Source: Deltaproteobacteria bacterium (GTDB lineage Bacteria; Myxococcota; UBA727; VGSZ01). Taken from it: 64,000 nt of DNA. The stretch covers positions 158,374 through 222,373 of the forward strand of contig JACOUT010000005.1 in NCBI GenBank assembly GCA_016177705.1, in the 5' to 3' direction. Below the pieces are notes generated by a model. The model saw only the letters and a list, made by a program, of their open reading frames with translations. It did no database searches and had not been told where the DNA came from. Shown piece after piece: positions 9,985 through 21,737 of the stretch. Positions within the stretch are counted from its first letter, which is position 1. The number at the start of each line of letters is the position of its first letter. The position numbers and the translations under genes were made by a program.

Positions 9985-10991
9985 GCGGCGCCCTGCTCGC
10001 GCTCGCGCTCGTCGTCGGGGCCGCGCCCGCCGCGCCCTCGGCGCCGCCCGCAGTGGTGCTGTTGCCGCTCGTCCCCGACGGCACCACCAGCGTCAAGCAG
10101 GCGCGCGGCATCACCGCCCAGTTGCGCGACGCGCTCGTGTCGGGGCCGACCGCCGATGGTCTGTGCACGATGCTGTCGGCCTCGAAGGACGACGACAAGC
10201 AAGCCGAGCGCTGCCGGCGCGACGCCGGCTGCCTCGGTGAGGTGGCGGCGCTGCGCGGCGCCGACGTGATGCTGGCGGGTGTGATCGCTCCCGGCGCCGA
10301 CGGCCTGGTGGTGTCGCTGGTGGCGGCAGCCCCGTCCGCCAAGGAGGCGCTGCGCCGGGTGGAGGTGACCTTGCGCGGCGATGCCGGCGATGCGCGGCGC
10401 ATCGATCGCGTGGTGCGCAGCGCCGTGGGGCCGCACGCGCTACGCGGCAAGCTGGCGCTGACCGGCGACGAGGGCGCCACCGTCACGCTCGATGGGGTGG
10501 CGCGCGGTGTGCTGCCGCTCACGGAGCCGCAGGCCAAACCGCTGTCCGTGCTGGTGGAGGGCGAGCACGACCTGCTCGTCGAGAAGCCCGGCTTCGAGCC
10601 CTATCGGCGCCCTGTGGCCATCGTCCATGCCGAGACCGTCGAGGTGAAGGCGACGCTGTTGCCGCTGACGAGCGGCGACCGCGCGCGCGTGCCCGACGGC
10701 GCCGGCGGCGCCGCCAGCGACGGGCCGCCGCTCGACGTGCTGGTGGTGGGCGGCGTGGGCGCCGGTTTGGTGGCGCTCGGCGCCGTCGCCGGCACGTGGA
10801 GCCTGCTCGACGCGCTGGCCGTGCAGGCGCGCGCAGAGGAGCAGCAGCTCCTGTTCCCGCGCGACGCCGGGCTGCTGCTGCGCGGCCAGATCCTGGCGTG
10901 GACGGCGGACGGCCTCTACCTCGTGGGCCTGGGCGCGCTCGGCGTCGCCGGCGCGCTCGCCTTGCTGACGCCCGCGGAGCCGCAGCCGTGA
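9981..10991 (+). CDS. PEGA-domain secreted protein
   Basis: ATGA-coupled to the previous gene. It has a signal peptide and a PEGA-like motif (LLVEKPGFEPYRRPVAI), with a C-terminal TM. Confidence 0.5.
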   Translation: MSGALLALALVVGAAPAAPSAPPAVVLLPLVPDGTTSVKQARGITAQLRDALVSGPTADGLCTMLSASKDDDKQAERCRRDAGCLGEVAALRGADVMLAGVIAPGADGLVVSLVAAAPSAKEALRRVEVTLRGDAGDARRIDRVVRSAVGPHALRGKLALTGDEGATVTLDGVARGVLPLTEPQAKPLSVLVEGEHDLLVEKPGFEPYRRPVAIVHAETVEVKATLLPLTSGDRARVPDGAGGAASDGPPLDVLVVGGVGAGLVALGAVAGTWSLLDALAVQARAEEQQLLFPRDAGLLLRGQILAWTADGLYLVGLGALGVAGALALLTPAEPQP

Positions 10992-12109
10992 CCGCGCTCG
11001 CGCGCGCGGCGCGCTCCTCGGTGGCGCTGGCGCTGATGGTGGCGCCGCTGCTGGTGAGCGCGCCAGGCTGTTTGTTCCTGCCCAACCTCGCCGGCCACGG
11101 CTACACGCCGTGCGACGACGACAGCGCCTGCCCGCCCGGACGCTTCTGCGACGAGTCGCTGTGCGCGCCGCCGCCGTGGCACGACCAGGCCTTCGGCAGG
11201 CGCCGCGCCGTCATCGTCGCCAACCCGGCCGCCTCGCCCATCCCGGCGGGCGCGGCCGTCCCCATCGTCGTGGGCGGTGAGACCGGCGTGCTCGCGCTCG
11301 CCGAGCTGGGCGCGTCCTTTCGCTTCACCGACTACGATCGCGCGAGCGCGTCGTGGCGCGTGGTGTCGGTCTACCTCGACCGCGAGAGCGACCGCTTCAC
11401 CGCCTGGATCCCCACGGCGCGCGAGATCCCGGCGGGGGGCAGCGCCCTGCTCGCCTTCGTCGAGAGCAACGCCGCTGACGGCCTGCCGCACGTGAGCGAA
11501 GATCCGGCGGCCACGTTCGCCCAGTGGCAGGCGTTCGACGCGCCGCTCGCCGACGACACCTGGTTCCAAAGCCCCGCCGGCGGTCCCGTGGTGCAAGACG
11601 GCATGGTCAACGTCGCCGACAACCAGGCGATCGTGCTGCAAGCGCCGCTGGTGCCGCCGGTGCTCGCCGTGCTGGTGGCGCGCATCAACGGCGCCACCTG
11701 CGACGAGGTCTTCTTGGGCCTGGTCGGCGACGACCGCGCGCTCTTCCAGGTGCCGCCCGAGGCGGGCATCTTCGTCGGCAGCAACCTCCAGGGCACGGCT
11801 CAGCTTGCACCGACGTCGGACAGCACGCCCACCGACGTCGGCGACGGGCTGACGGTGGTCAACGCCATGGCGCGCACCGTAGTGGCGATCGACGGCGGCG
11901 CCGTGCTGGTCGAGCACGCGGGCGCCACGGCCTTCGCCGACCCCGATCTCCGCCCGCCGTTCGGCGCCGACCCGCTCTACCTGGCGGTACAAGTCGGCGG
12001 CGCCTGCTCGGTCGACGTCGACGCGGTGTGGACCACGCCGCTGCCGCAGCCGTTCCCCACCGTCACCGTCGAGGCGCCGGTCGACTTCAACCTGGCGTAC
12101 GAGAACTGA
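10988..12109 (+). CDS. Hypothetical lipoprotein
   Basis: Likely starts at the GTG at 10988, overlapping the previous stop. It has a lipobox (LLVSAPGCLF). There is no recognisable family match. Confidence 0.45.
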   Translation: MTALARAARSSVALALMVAPLLVSAPGCLFLPNLAGHGYTPCDDDSACPPGRFCDESLCAPPPWHDQAFGRRRAVIVANPAASPIPAGAAVPIVVGGETGVLALAELGASFRFTDYDRASASWRVVSVYLDRESDRFTAWIPTAREIPAGGSALLAFVESNAADGLPHVSEDPAATFAQWQAFDAPLADDTWFQSPAGGPVVQDGMVNVADNQAIVLQAPLVPPVLAVLVARINGATCDEVFLGLVGDDRALFQVPPEAGIFVGSNLQGTAQLAPTSDSTPTDVGDGLTVVNAMARTVVAIDGGAVLVEHAGATAFADPDLRPPFGADPLYLAVQVGGACSVDVDAVWTTPLPQPFPTVTVEAPVDFNLAYEN

Positions 12110-12763
12110 GAGAGCTCATGCCGCAGAAGCCGCGCCTGCTCGTCGTGGAAGATGACAGCTCCATCGCCGCCGGGCTGCGCATGAACTTGCGGCACGAGGG
12201 CTTCGACGTGGTGGTGGCGGCCGACGGCGAGGCTGGGCTGCGCGAGGCGTTGGCCAACCCGCCCGACTTGATCTTGCTCGACGTCATGCTGCCGGTGATG
12301 AACGGCTTCGAGGTGTTGCGCGAGCTGCGCCGCCGCGGCTGCACCGCCGGGGTCATCATGCTCACCGCCAAGGGCCTCGAGGAAGACAAGGTGCTCGGCC
12401 TCGACCTCGGCGCCGACGACTACGTGCAGAAGCCCTTCGGCCTGCCCGAGTTGATCGCCCGCGTCCATGCGGTGCTGCGGCGCCGGCAGGCGCAGGCGCC
12501 GGCCACGGTCTGCTTCGACGATGTAGTCGTCGATCGCCATGCGCGCACCGTCACGCGCGCCGGTGCGCCGGTGGAGCTGTCGCCGCGCGAGATGTCGCTC
12601 CTGTTGTTCCTGGTCGAGCACCCCGGCCGCGCCGTCACGCGCAACGCGCTGCTCGAGGGCGCTTGGGGGCTCGACTACGAAGGCACCGAGCGCACCATCG
12701 ACAACTTCGTGGTCTCGCTCAGAAAGAAGCTCGAGCAGGACCCTGAGGCGCCGCGTCGCTTCG

Positions 12764-14335
<1,572 letters not shown>

Positions 14336-14416
14336 GTAGGGAGCGGCAGATCCGCGGCGTCCGCACCCGACAGGCTCGTCGGGGGTATGACACTATAGTG
14401 CACCGGCGTCGCAGCA

Positions 14417-14998
14417 ATGCGTGAGCTTCGTACCATCCTCGTCGTCGACGACGAGCAGTTGTTCCTCCGCAGCATCCATCGCGTGTTGACGCACGATGGA
14501 TACCAGGTGCGCTTGGCCGAAGGCGTGGCCGAGGCCGCGGCCGCCATCGCCGAGGGCGTCGACCTCGTGCTCACCGACTTCCGGCTGCGCGACGGCTCGG
14601 GCCTCGACGTGGCGCGCGCCGCCGCTGCCGCCTCGCCGGCGCCGCTGGTGATCGCGTGGAGCGGCCGCGCCTCCGCCTCCGAGGCGTTCCAGCTCGCCCA
14701 AGCGGGTGTGCTCGAGTTTCTCGACAAACCGGTGTCGCTCTCGATGTTGCGCGCGGCGCTCGACCGGGTGCGCACCAGGCCGCCGCCGGCCTTCGACGCG
14801 CTGGTGGCGGCGCAGGTTGGCGTGACGCCGCTGCACGAGGTCGAGGGGCGCGTGCGCACCACCATGCTCACGCAGGCGCTCGCCTCGTCGAGCGAGAGCC
14901 GCTCGAAGACGGCGCGGCTGCTCGGCGTGTCGCGTCAGCTCGTGCAGAGCATGACCAACCGCGCCGTTCGGCCCAAGCGCATGAGCGGCGGCGAGTGA
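14417..14998 (+). CDS. Response regulator with receiver plus Fis-type HTH
   Basis: It has a receiver domain (ILVVDDEQLFLRSI...LVLTDFRL). A C-terminal HTH_8 domain is present (KTARLLGVSRQLVQSMT). Confidence 0.7.
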   Translation: MRELRTILVVDDEQLFLRSIHRVLTHDGYQVRLAEGVAEAAAAIAEGVDLVLTDFRLRDGSGLDVARAAAAASPAPLVIAWSGRASASEAFQLAQAGVLEFLDKPVSLSMLRAALDRVRTRPPPAFDALVAAQVGVTPLHEVEGRVRTTMLTQALASSSESRSKTARLLGVSRQLVQSMTNRAVRPKRMSGGE

Positions 14999-15001
14999 GC
15001 C

Positions 15002-15442
15002 TCAAATGCCCCCCAGGCGAGCGCGGATCGCCTGCAACAGCATCACCGACGAGAACGGCTTGGGGATGCACGGGCGCCCGCTCGCCGCCAGGAAGCTCTG
15101 GTGGTCGGGGCGGTGTTGATCGCCGGCCAGGAAGATGACGGTTGCGGCGACGTCGGGGAGCTTGGTCTGCAGCACCTGATAGAGCGCGACGCCGCCGATG
15201 CCGGGCATCGACAGATCGCACAGGATGGCGTCGTAGCGCGCGCCCGCTTCCAGCTCGGCGAGCGCCGCGCGCGCGTCGGTGCGGGTGGTCAGCAGGACCG
15301 TGGAGCCGAGCACGCGCCGGACCGCGCGGCAGATCATCTCCTCGTCGTCGATGAGCAAGACGCGCGGCTTGGCCGCCGTCCGCTCTGCTGCCGCACTGTC
15401 GCCAGCGGGAGGGTGCGGCGGTGACTTGTCGCGCTCCGACAC
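15002..15442 (-). CDS. Single-domain response regulator (CheY-like)
   Basis: It has a receiver domain (RVLLIDDEEMICRAV...AILCDLSMPGIGG). The start is assigned to the GTG at 15442. The longer ORF is probably an over-extension. Confidence 0.55.
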   Translation of the reverse strand: MSERDKSPPHPPAGDSAAAERTAAKPRVLLIDDEEMICRAVRRVLGSTVLLTTRTDARAALAELEAGARYDAILCDLSMPGIGGVALYQVLQTKLPDVAATVIFLAGDQHRPDHQSFLAASGRPCIPKPFSSVMLLQAIRARLGGI

Positions 15443-15614
15443 GGTGCCCCCAACGCCGCCACGCCGCAGCGCTCGCGCCAGCGTACGGTGGCCGGCACGC
15501 TCGCGCGACTGTCTCGCGCACCTGATCGTCGACGGACAGGCGCTCGTCCGACGCAAAAATATTTGCACTAGCCACGCGAGATTGTGGCGCCAGCATTCGC
15601 CCTTCGAGGAACAC

Positions 15615-17384
15615 ATGCACCCACGAGATCACCGCGCTGCGCGCACGGTGCAGCCTGCCGCTGTTGGCGCGCCCGACCAGCTCGCGCCCCGGCGCACGCA
15701 CCAGCGCGCCGCGCGCCTGTTGGTCGAGCAGCTCAAGGCGAGCGGCATCGACACCATCTTCGGCCTGCCCGGCGGCGCGGTCGGCCCGCTGTATGACGCG
15801 CTGCTCGACGAGCCCAGCCTGCGCGTCATCACCACGCGTCACGAGGCAGGCGCCATGTTCGCCGCCGCCGGCTACGCCTGGGCGACGGAGCGGCCGGCCG
15901 CCGTCATCGTCACCTCGGGGCCGGGCGCGCTCAACTGCATGACCGGCATCGCTTCGGCGCGCTGCGACTCGCTGCCGGTGATCGTCATCGCTGGCGAGGT
16001 GGCGCGCACGTCGTTTGGCAAGGGCGCGTTGCAGGAGGGCAGCCCCTACCACCTCGGCATCACCGCCATGGCGCGCTGCGCCGCCAAGCTGGCCGTCGAC
16101 GTGCCGAGCGCGGAGTCGCTGCCCTGGCTGTTGCGCCAGGCCGTCACCACCGCGACCACCGGCCGGCGTGGGCCGGTGTTCTTGAGCGTGCCGCTCGACG
16201 TCTCGATGGCCGAGGTGCCGCGCCAGGGCGCTTTGGTCGCGCCCCCGTCCGCGCCTGCGCTCGGCTACGGCGAGGTGCTCGACCGCCTGGCGCGCACGCT
16301 CGAGCGCGCAAAGCGGCCGGCGATCCTCGCCGGCTCGGGCGTGCGCTGGGGCCGCGGCCCCGAGCGCCTGCGTGCGCTCGCCGAGCGCTTGCAGGTGCCG
16401 GTGATGACCACGCCCAAGGCCAAGGGCGTGTTCCCCGAGAGCCACCCGCTCTCGCTCGGCGTGTTCGGCTACGGCGGGCACCCGTCGGCCCAGGCGTACG
16501 CGAGCACGGCGCGCATCGACGTCTTGTTGGCGCTCGGCAGTGGGCTCTCCGATCCGGCGACCAACGGCTGGAGCCCGCTGCTCGCCGCCACCGAGCACCT
16601 GGTGCACGTCGACATCGACGCGGGCCAGATCGGCAGGAGCTACCCGGTGTCGCTCGGCGTCGTCGGGCGCGCCGAGGACGTGCTCGAGGAGCTGCTCGCG
16701 CGCCTGCCGCCGGGCGACCGCGAGCTGCGCACCTTCGGCGTCACGCATCACTCGTTCGCACCTGCGACGGGGCAGGGCCTGGTCTCGCCGGTGGTCGCGC
16801 TCGAGGCGGTGCAATGGAGCATGCCCGCCGACACGCTCTACACGTGCGACATCGGGCAGCACCTGCACTTCGCGACGCACACCCTGCGGCTCGACCACCC
16901 GCGCTCCTTCCTCTCGATGACCGGGCTCGCCTCGATGGGCAGCGCGATCCCGGCCGCCGTCGGAGCCGCGGTGGGCGACACGCGGCGGCCGGTGGTCGCC
17001 ATCTGTGGCGACGGTGGCTACCTGATGTCGCTAGCGGAGCTGGCCACCGCGGCGCAGGCGCGGCTGCCGGTCACGGTGGTCGTGCTCGATGACCGCCGTT
17101 ACAGCATGGTCGAGCTCGGCCACCTGGCCCATTTCGGCCGCACTCCTGGCTTCCCAAGCGACGAGGTCGACATCGCGGCGCTCGCTCGGGGCGCCGGCGC
17201 CGAGGCCGTCGAGGTCGCGGCAGCGTCGCTCGACTTCGTCGGCGAGGTGCTGGCCCGGCCCGCGTCCGGGCCGCGCGTGCTCCACGTGCGCATCGATCCC
17301 GCCGTGCGCATGCCGAGCGACCAACGATCGAAGGACATGATCTCCAAGCTCGGAACTACCCGCGAACAAGGAGCTGCAACATGA
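15615..17384 (+). CDS. Thiamine-diphosphate-dependent enzyme (acetolactate synthase large subunit-like)
   Basis: It has the N-terminal TPP Pyr domain (IDTIFGLPGGAVGPLYDAL, TSGPGALNC). The central domain and the C-terminal TPP-binding GDG motif are present (ICGDGGYLMSLAELATA). Confidence 0.8.
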   Translation: MHPRDHRAARTVQPAAVGAPDQLAPRRTHQRAARLLVEQLKASGIDTIFGLPGGAVGPLYDALLDEPSLRVITTRHEAGAMFAAAGYAWATERPAAVIVTSGPGALNCMTGIASARCDSLPVIVIAGEVARTSFGKGALQEGSPYHLGITAMARCAAKLAVDVPSAESLPWLLRQAVTTATTGRRGPVFLSVPLDVSMAEVPRQGALVAPPSAPALGYGEVLDRLARTLERAKRPAILAGSGVRWGRGPERLRALAERLQVPVMTTPKAKGVFPESHPLSLGVFGYGGHPSAQAYASTARIDVLLALGSGLSDPATNGWSPLLAATEHLVHVDIDAGQIGRSYPVSLGVVGRAEDVLEELLARLPPGDRELRTFGVTHHSFAPATGQGLVSPVVALEAVQWSMPADTLYTCDIGQHLHFATHTLRLDHPRSFLSMTGLASMGSAIPAAVGAAVGDTRRPVVAICGDGGYLMSLAELATAAQARLPVTVVVLDDRRYSMVELGHLAHFGRTPGFPSDEVDIAALARGAGAEAVEVAAASLDFVGEVLARPASGPRVLHVRIDPAVRMPSDQRSKDMISKLGTTREQGAAT

Positions 17385-18472
17385 GTGACACCATAGCTAC
17401 CCACGGGACGAACGCCGCGATCCTCGGGCTCGGCATCCATCTACCGAACGAGGTACGCGCCAACTCGTGGTGGCCCATTGGCACCGTCGACCGATGGCGC
17501 CAGCGCGCGTCGGCGAAGATCTCCGATGGACGCGCCGACGAAACCGCGCGCATGACGCCGAACCAGCGCCGCGTGCTCGAGGCGATGGCGCAAGAGCGTG
17601 ACGACCCGTTTCGCGGTGCGCGCGAGCGCCGCGTGATGGACCCGGCCCAGCGCTCGTCCGACATCGAGACGCTGGCGGCACGTGAGGCCATACAGCAAGC
17701 GGGCGTCGCGCCGGCCGACCTCGACTTCGTGTTGGTGCAGTCGGCGGTGCCGGACTTCCTCAACACACCCAACGCCGCCTTCGTGCACCAGAAGCTCGGC
17801 CTCAAGGACGCGTGCTTCAGCCTGCAGACCGAGGGCATGTGCAACTCGTTCCTGCTGCACCTGACGCTCGCCGACAAGCTGCTGCGCGGCGGCATGGGCA
17901 AGCTCGGGCTCATCGTGCAGTCGTGCGGCATGTCGCCGACGCTCGATCCCGAGGAGCCGCACTCCGCCTGGTTCGGCGACGCGGCCAGCGCGGCCGTCGT
18001 CGGCTTGGTCGAGGGGCGCGGCCTGCTGTCGCAGGCGCACGGCACCGACAGCTCGCTGTCACCTTCCATCGTCTACGGCGTGCCTGGCGGGCGCTGGTTC
18101 GACGCAGGGCGCACGGTGCCGTACCTCGAGAACCAGAAGAACGGCTTCCTGATGCTGCTCAACTCGGCGGACCTGGTGGCCAACGGCATGCGCCAGGCGC
18201 TGGCGCCGCTCGGCATGAGCGCGGAGGACGTCGAGTTCTACGGCGCCCACCAGGCGACGCCCTGGTTCCGCCGGGTGACGCAGCAGGCGGCCGGCATGAC
18301 GAACGCGCGCTTCGTCGACACCTTCCCCTGGGCGGCCAGCGTGGTCGGCTGCAACGTCCCACTCGGTCTCGCCGTCGCGGCGCGCGAGGGCATGCTCAAG
18401 AGCGGCATGCTGGTGGGCGCATTTTCGGGGTCGCCCGGAGTAACCTGGACCGCGGCGGTCTACCGCTGGTGA
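17381..18472 (+). CDS. KAS-III (FabH)-like condensing enzyme
   Basis: It is ATGA-coupled to the ThDP enzyme. It has a thiolase-fold KAS III pattern with candidate Cys (EGMCNSF), His (GAHQATPWF) and Asn (GCNVPLG) catalytic positions. Confidence 0.7.
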   Translation: MSDTIATHGTNAAILGLGIHLPNEVRANSWWPIGTVDRWRQRASAKISDGRADETARMTPNQRRVLEAMAQERDDPFRGARERRVMDPAQRSSDIETLAAREAIQQAGVAPADLDFVLVQSAVPDFLNTPNAAFVHQKLGLKDACFSLQTEGMCNSFLLHLTLADKLLRGGMGKLGLIVQSCGMSPTLDPEEPHSAWFGDAASAAVVGLVEGRGLLSQAHGTDSSLSPSIVYGVPGGRWFDAGRTVPYLENQKNGFLMLLNSADLVANGMRQALAPLGMSAEDVEFYGAHQATPWFRRVTQQAAGMTNARFVDTFPWAASVVGCNVPLGLAVAAREGMLKSGMLVGAFSGSPGVTWTAAVYRW

Positions 18473-18518
18473 GGAGGGAGCGGCCATCGTCGACACGAGC
18501 ACCATCGAGGACGACGCC

Positions 18519-18998
18519 GTGACCGTGCGCGCCGCGGCCAACGCGCTCTACGTGCGGTGGCGCGCCACGCCCACGATCGCCCGGCTGCAGGGGATCCTCG
18601 AGCGCGTTGAGTCGGTCGCGCGGACGTACGGCCGGCCCATCGCCTTCATCATGGAGCAAGACGCGAGCGCGGGCGCGCCCGATGCCGAGTTCCGGCGACG
18701 TTCGGTCGAGGCGGTCGACTCTGTCGGCCATGCGATCGCCTGCCTCGCGATGGTGACGCGGGCGAGCGGGCTGCGCGCCGCAATCCTGCGCAGCGTGCTC
18801 ACCGGCATCACCTTCCTCGCCCGGCGGCAGTTCCCAGTCAGGGTCTTTGCCGGCCTCGACGAGGAGGCTCAGAACTGGATCGTCGGCCACGCCGACGGCG
18901 ATGAGCACGCGCGCTCCGAGCTGCAGGCGCTGCTGCGCGAGGTCGAGCAGGAGCACACGCAAGCGAGCGCCGCCTCAGGCCCCGCCGAGCGGTCGTAG
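18519..18998 (+). CDS. Hypothetical protein
   Basis: It follows the KAS-III-like gene on the same strand, 47 nt downstream, as a GTG-start ORF. There is no recognisable domain. Confidence 0.35.
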   Translation: MTVRAAANALYVRWRATPTIARLQGILERVESVARTYGRPIAFIMEQDASAGAPDAEFRRRSVEAVDSVGHAIACLAMVTRASGLRAAILRSVLTGITFLARRQFPVRVFAGLDEEAQNWIVGHADGDEHARSELQALLREVEQEHTQASAASGPAERS

Positions 18999-20229
18999 CC
19001 CACCCTCGCTTACCGCGTACCAGCCGGGCGCCGCGTCCGCCTTGACGCGCGCGAGCACGCGCCCCGGCTCGCCCACCAGCTTGACGCCGCGCGGGATGGC
19101 GCGACCGGCCGCGATCGCCACGTCGGCGCCGACGAACACGTCGGGCCCGAAGGCGGCGCCGCACGGCAGCTCGCCGGCCTCGCGCAAGGTGCCGCCGTCG
19201 TCGACCTTGACCTGACCGCCCGGGGTCAGGTCCTGCGGCCGAGCGAACGAGGTGAGCGCGCAGCGCGGCCCGATGACGCACGCCTGGACGCCGTTGGCGC
19301 ATGCGTCGGTGTCGCCGAAGGTGACGCACGCCGACAGCGACGAATTGAGCGAGACGAAGGTGCGCGGGCCGAGCGCGCAGCCGTTCAGGTGCGCGCGCTG
19401 CTCGATGACGCAGCCGTCGCCCACCACCGAGTTCCGCAGGTACGCATAGGCGCCAACGCTGACGTCGTCGCCGAGCACGCAGGCCTCCACCGTCGCGGTC
19501 GGGTGGATCGAGACGCGCTTGCCGGTGAACACCAGGCGCCCGGGCAGCGCGCGCAGCGTCGCCGCCCGCGACAGACGAAGCGCGGGTAGGCACCGCAGCG
19601 AGGTGCGAACCGGCGTTGCGGCGGCGCGGTCCAGCAGCGCCACCTGCGGCGCCAGGTGCCCCGCGCGCAGCACGTGCAGCCAGTGACGCACCCGTAGCGC
19701 CACGGTGGACGTGAGCGGCCACGCGAGCGTGGGCGAGGCGCTGCCGAGGATGTGGCGCGGCACCGGCACCTCGAGCAGGCGCTCGCGGTAGCGCGGCGCC
19801 ACCCAGGCGTCCGCGCCGAGCGCGAACAGCTCCCGCGCCGTGGCGCGCGCGCCGGCGGGCACCATGGCGACGTCGAACGCCGCCCGCCCCTCGCCGTCGA
19901 TCGGCACGTCTTGCAGCGGCAGCGTCAGCTCGAGCAGGCGGGAGCGCGGCAGGCACAGGCGCGCGGTAGCGGCGCGGTCGGCGGTGGCGCGCAAGAAGCC
20001 GCGCAGCGCGCGGCGGGTCACCCAGACGTCGTCTCGCAGCACCAACGCCGGTCCTTCGACTAGCACCTCGTCGCCGAGCGCCGCGGGCAACGCGCCGGCG
20101 ACCAGCGGCGCCAGATCGCGTAGCGCGGCGGCGCGCGCCTGGGCGAGCGTGCCCGCGCCGATGGGTACCTCGTCGACGGCGCAATCGAACGGCGCGATGC
20201 GCGCGCCGCTCGCCACCAGCACGACCCTC
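18975..20229 (-). CDS. Nucleotidyltransferase with a C-terminal left-handed beta-helix (hexapeptide-repeat) domain
   Basis: Its GTG at 20229 overlaps the glmU stop (GTGA). The C-terminal half is hexapeptide-rich (VGAYAYLRNSVVGDGCVIEQRAHLNGCALG...). The 900-aa ORF in this frame is a read-through artefact. Confidence 0.55.
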
Positions 20230-21640
20230 ACGGCTTCTTCTGGGCGCGTTCGGCGTTCTTCGCGCGGATACCGGCGGCGTAGCCGGCCTTGTTCTGCTGC
20301 CGGCCGCGCCCGATGGCCAGCGCGTCCTCGGGCACGTCGGCGGTGATGGTGCTGCCCGCCGCCACGTAGGCGCCGCGCGCGATCGCGACCGGCGCCACCA
20401 GCGTGGCGTTGCTGCCGACGAATACCTCGTCGCCGATGACGGTGCGGTGCTTGCCGATGCCGTCGTAATTGCAGGTGATGGTGCCGGCGCCGATGTTGGC
20501 CTTGGCGCCGATGTCGGCATCGCCGAGGTAGGCCAGGTGGTTCGCCTTGCTGCCACGGCCGAGCCGCGCCTTCTTCATCTCGACGAAGTTGCCGACGTGC
20601 GCGCCCTCCTCCAGCACGGCGCCGGGGCGCAGGCGCGCGAACGGGCCGACCACGCACCCTTTGCCGATGCGTGCACCGTCGCACACCGAGTAGGGGTGGA
20701 CGACGGTGCCGGTGGCGACCGTGGTGTCGTGCAGCACGCAGCCGGCGCCGATGTGCACCTCGCTCTCGAGCGCGGTGGCGCCGGTGAGCACCGCGTGTGC
20801 CCCCACGGTGACGTCGATGCCGAAGCGAACCTGTGCGTCGACCGCCACGGTGGCTGGGCTCAGGAAGGTGACGCCGTCGAGTTGGGCGCGCCGCACCACG
20901 CGCGCCTGCAAGGCCGCGGCGGCCTCGCCGAGCTGGGCGCGGTCGTTCACGCCCATGGTCTCGAGCGCACCCACCTCGAGCGCGGGCACGCTGCGGCCGT
21001 CCGCGCGCGCCAGCGCCACCAGATCGGTCAGGTACAGCTCGGCCTGTGCGTTCTTGGGCTCGAGCCGAGCGAGCGCCGAGCGCAGCCACGCCGCGTCGGC
21101 GGCGTACACGCCGGGGTTGGTCTCCGTGACGCGCCGCTGCTCCGCCGTGGCGTCCCTCTCCTCGACGATGCGCTCCGGCAGCCCGTCGTCGCCGCGCAGC
21201 ACGCGGCCGTAGCCGCGCGGCTCGTCGAGCCGCGTGGTCCAGAGCGCCAACGGCGCGGCGGTGCGCGCACGCAGCTCGAGCAGCGACGTCAGCGACTCGG
21301 CTGTGAGCAAGGGACAATCGCCGTAGACGATCAGCACCGAGCCCGACCACTCGCCGAGCGCCTCGAGGCCGACTCGCGCCGCGTGCCCGGTGCCGAGCTG
21401 CTGTTGCTGCACGGCGGTGCGCACGCTCGCGGGGAAGCGCTGCGCGAGCAGCGGCCTGACCGCGTCCGCGCCGTGGCCGACGACGACCACCACCGGGTCG
21501 GCGCCGGCAGCGAGCGCCGCCTCGACCGGCCAGGCCACCAGCGGCTTGCCGCACGCCGGGTGCAGCACCTTGGGCAGCGCGCTCTTCATGCGCGTGCCTT
21601 TGCCGGCGGCGAGGACCAGGGCGGCGACGTTGCGCTCCAT
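20228..21640 (-). CDS. glmU: Bifunctional UDP-GlcNAc pyrophosphorylase / GlcN-1-P acetyltransferase
   Basis: From the ATG at 21640 the protein opens LVLAAGKGTRMKS (nucleotidyltransferase motif). LbH repeats follow (ANIGAGTITCNYDG). Confidence 0.85.
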   Translation of the reverse strand: MERNVAALVLAAGKGTRMKSALPKVLHPACGKPLVAWPVEAALAAGADPVVVVVGHGADAVRPLLAQRFPASVRTAVQQQQLGTGHAARVGLEALGEWSGSVLIVYGDCPLLTAESLTSLLELRARTAAPLALWTTRLDEPRGYGRVLRGDDGLPERIVEERDATAEQRRVTETNPGVYAADAAWLRSALARLEPKNAQAELYLTDLVALARADGRSVPALEVGALETMGVNDRAQLGEAAAALQARVVRRAQLDGVTFLSPATVAVDAQVRFGIDVTVGAHAVLTGATALESEVHIGAGCVLHDTTVATGTVVHPYSVCDGARIGKGCVVGPFARLRPGAVLEEGAHVGNFVEMKKARLGRGSKANHLAYLGDADIGAKANIGAGTITCNYDGIGKHRTVIGDEVFVGSNATLVAPVAIARGAYVAAGSTITADVPEDALAIGRGRQQNKAGYAAGIRAKNAERAQKKP

Positions 21641-21737
21641 TGGGGCGACGATGACCGCATGGTGGTGCAAAGCACAAGGAGGAGCGACCACGTTTGACGT
21701 CGGCCCCCCGGGCGTGGAATCAAGGGGCCTCGGAGGC

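Noticed and set aside
18838-21677. 572-aa and 900-aa minus-strand ORFs spanning the glmU and nucleotidyltransferase region
   Set aside because: The 900-aa ORF is a read-through concatenation of the hexapeptide-repeat gene (to 20229) with out-of-context upstream sequence. The 572-aa ORF is an Arg-rich frame overlapping real genes. Only the 18975..20229 and 20228..21640 segments have protein-like sequence.
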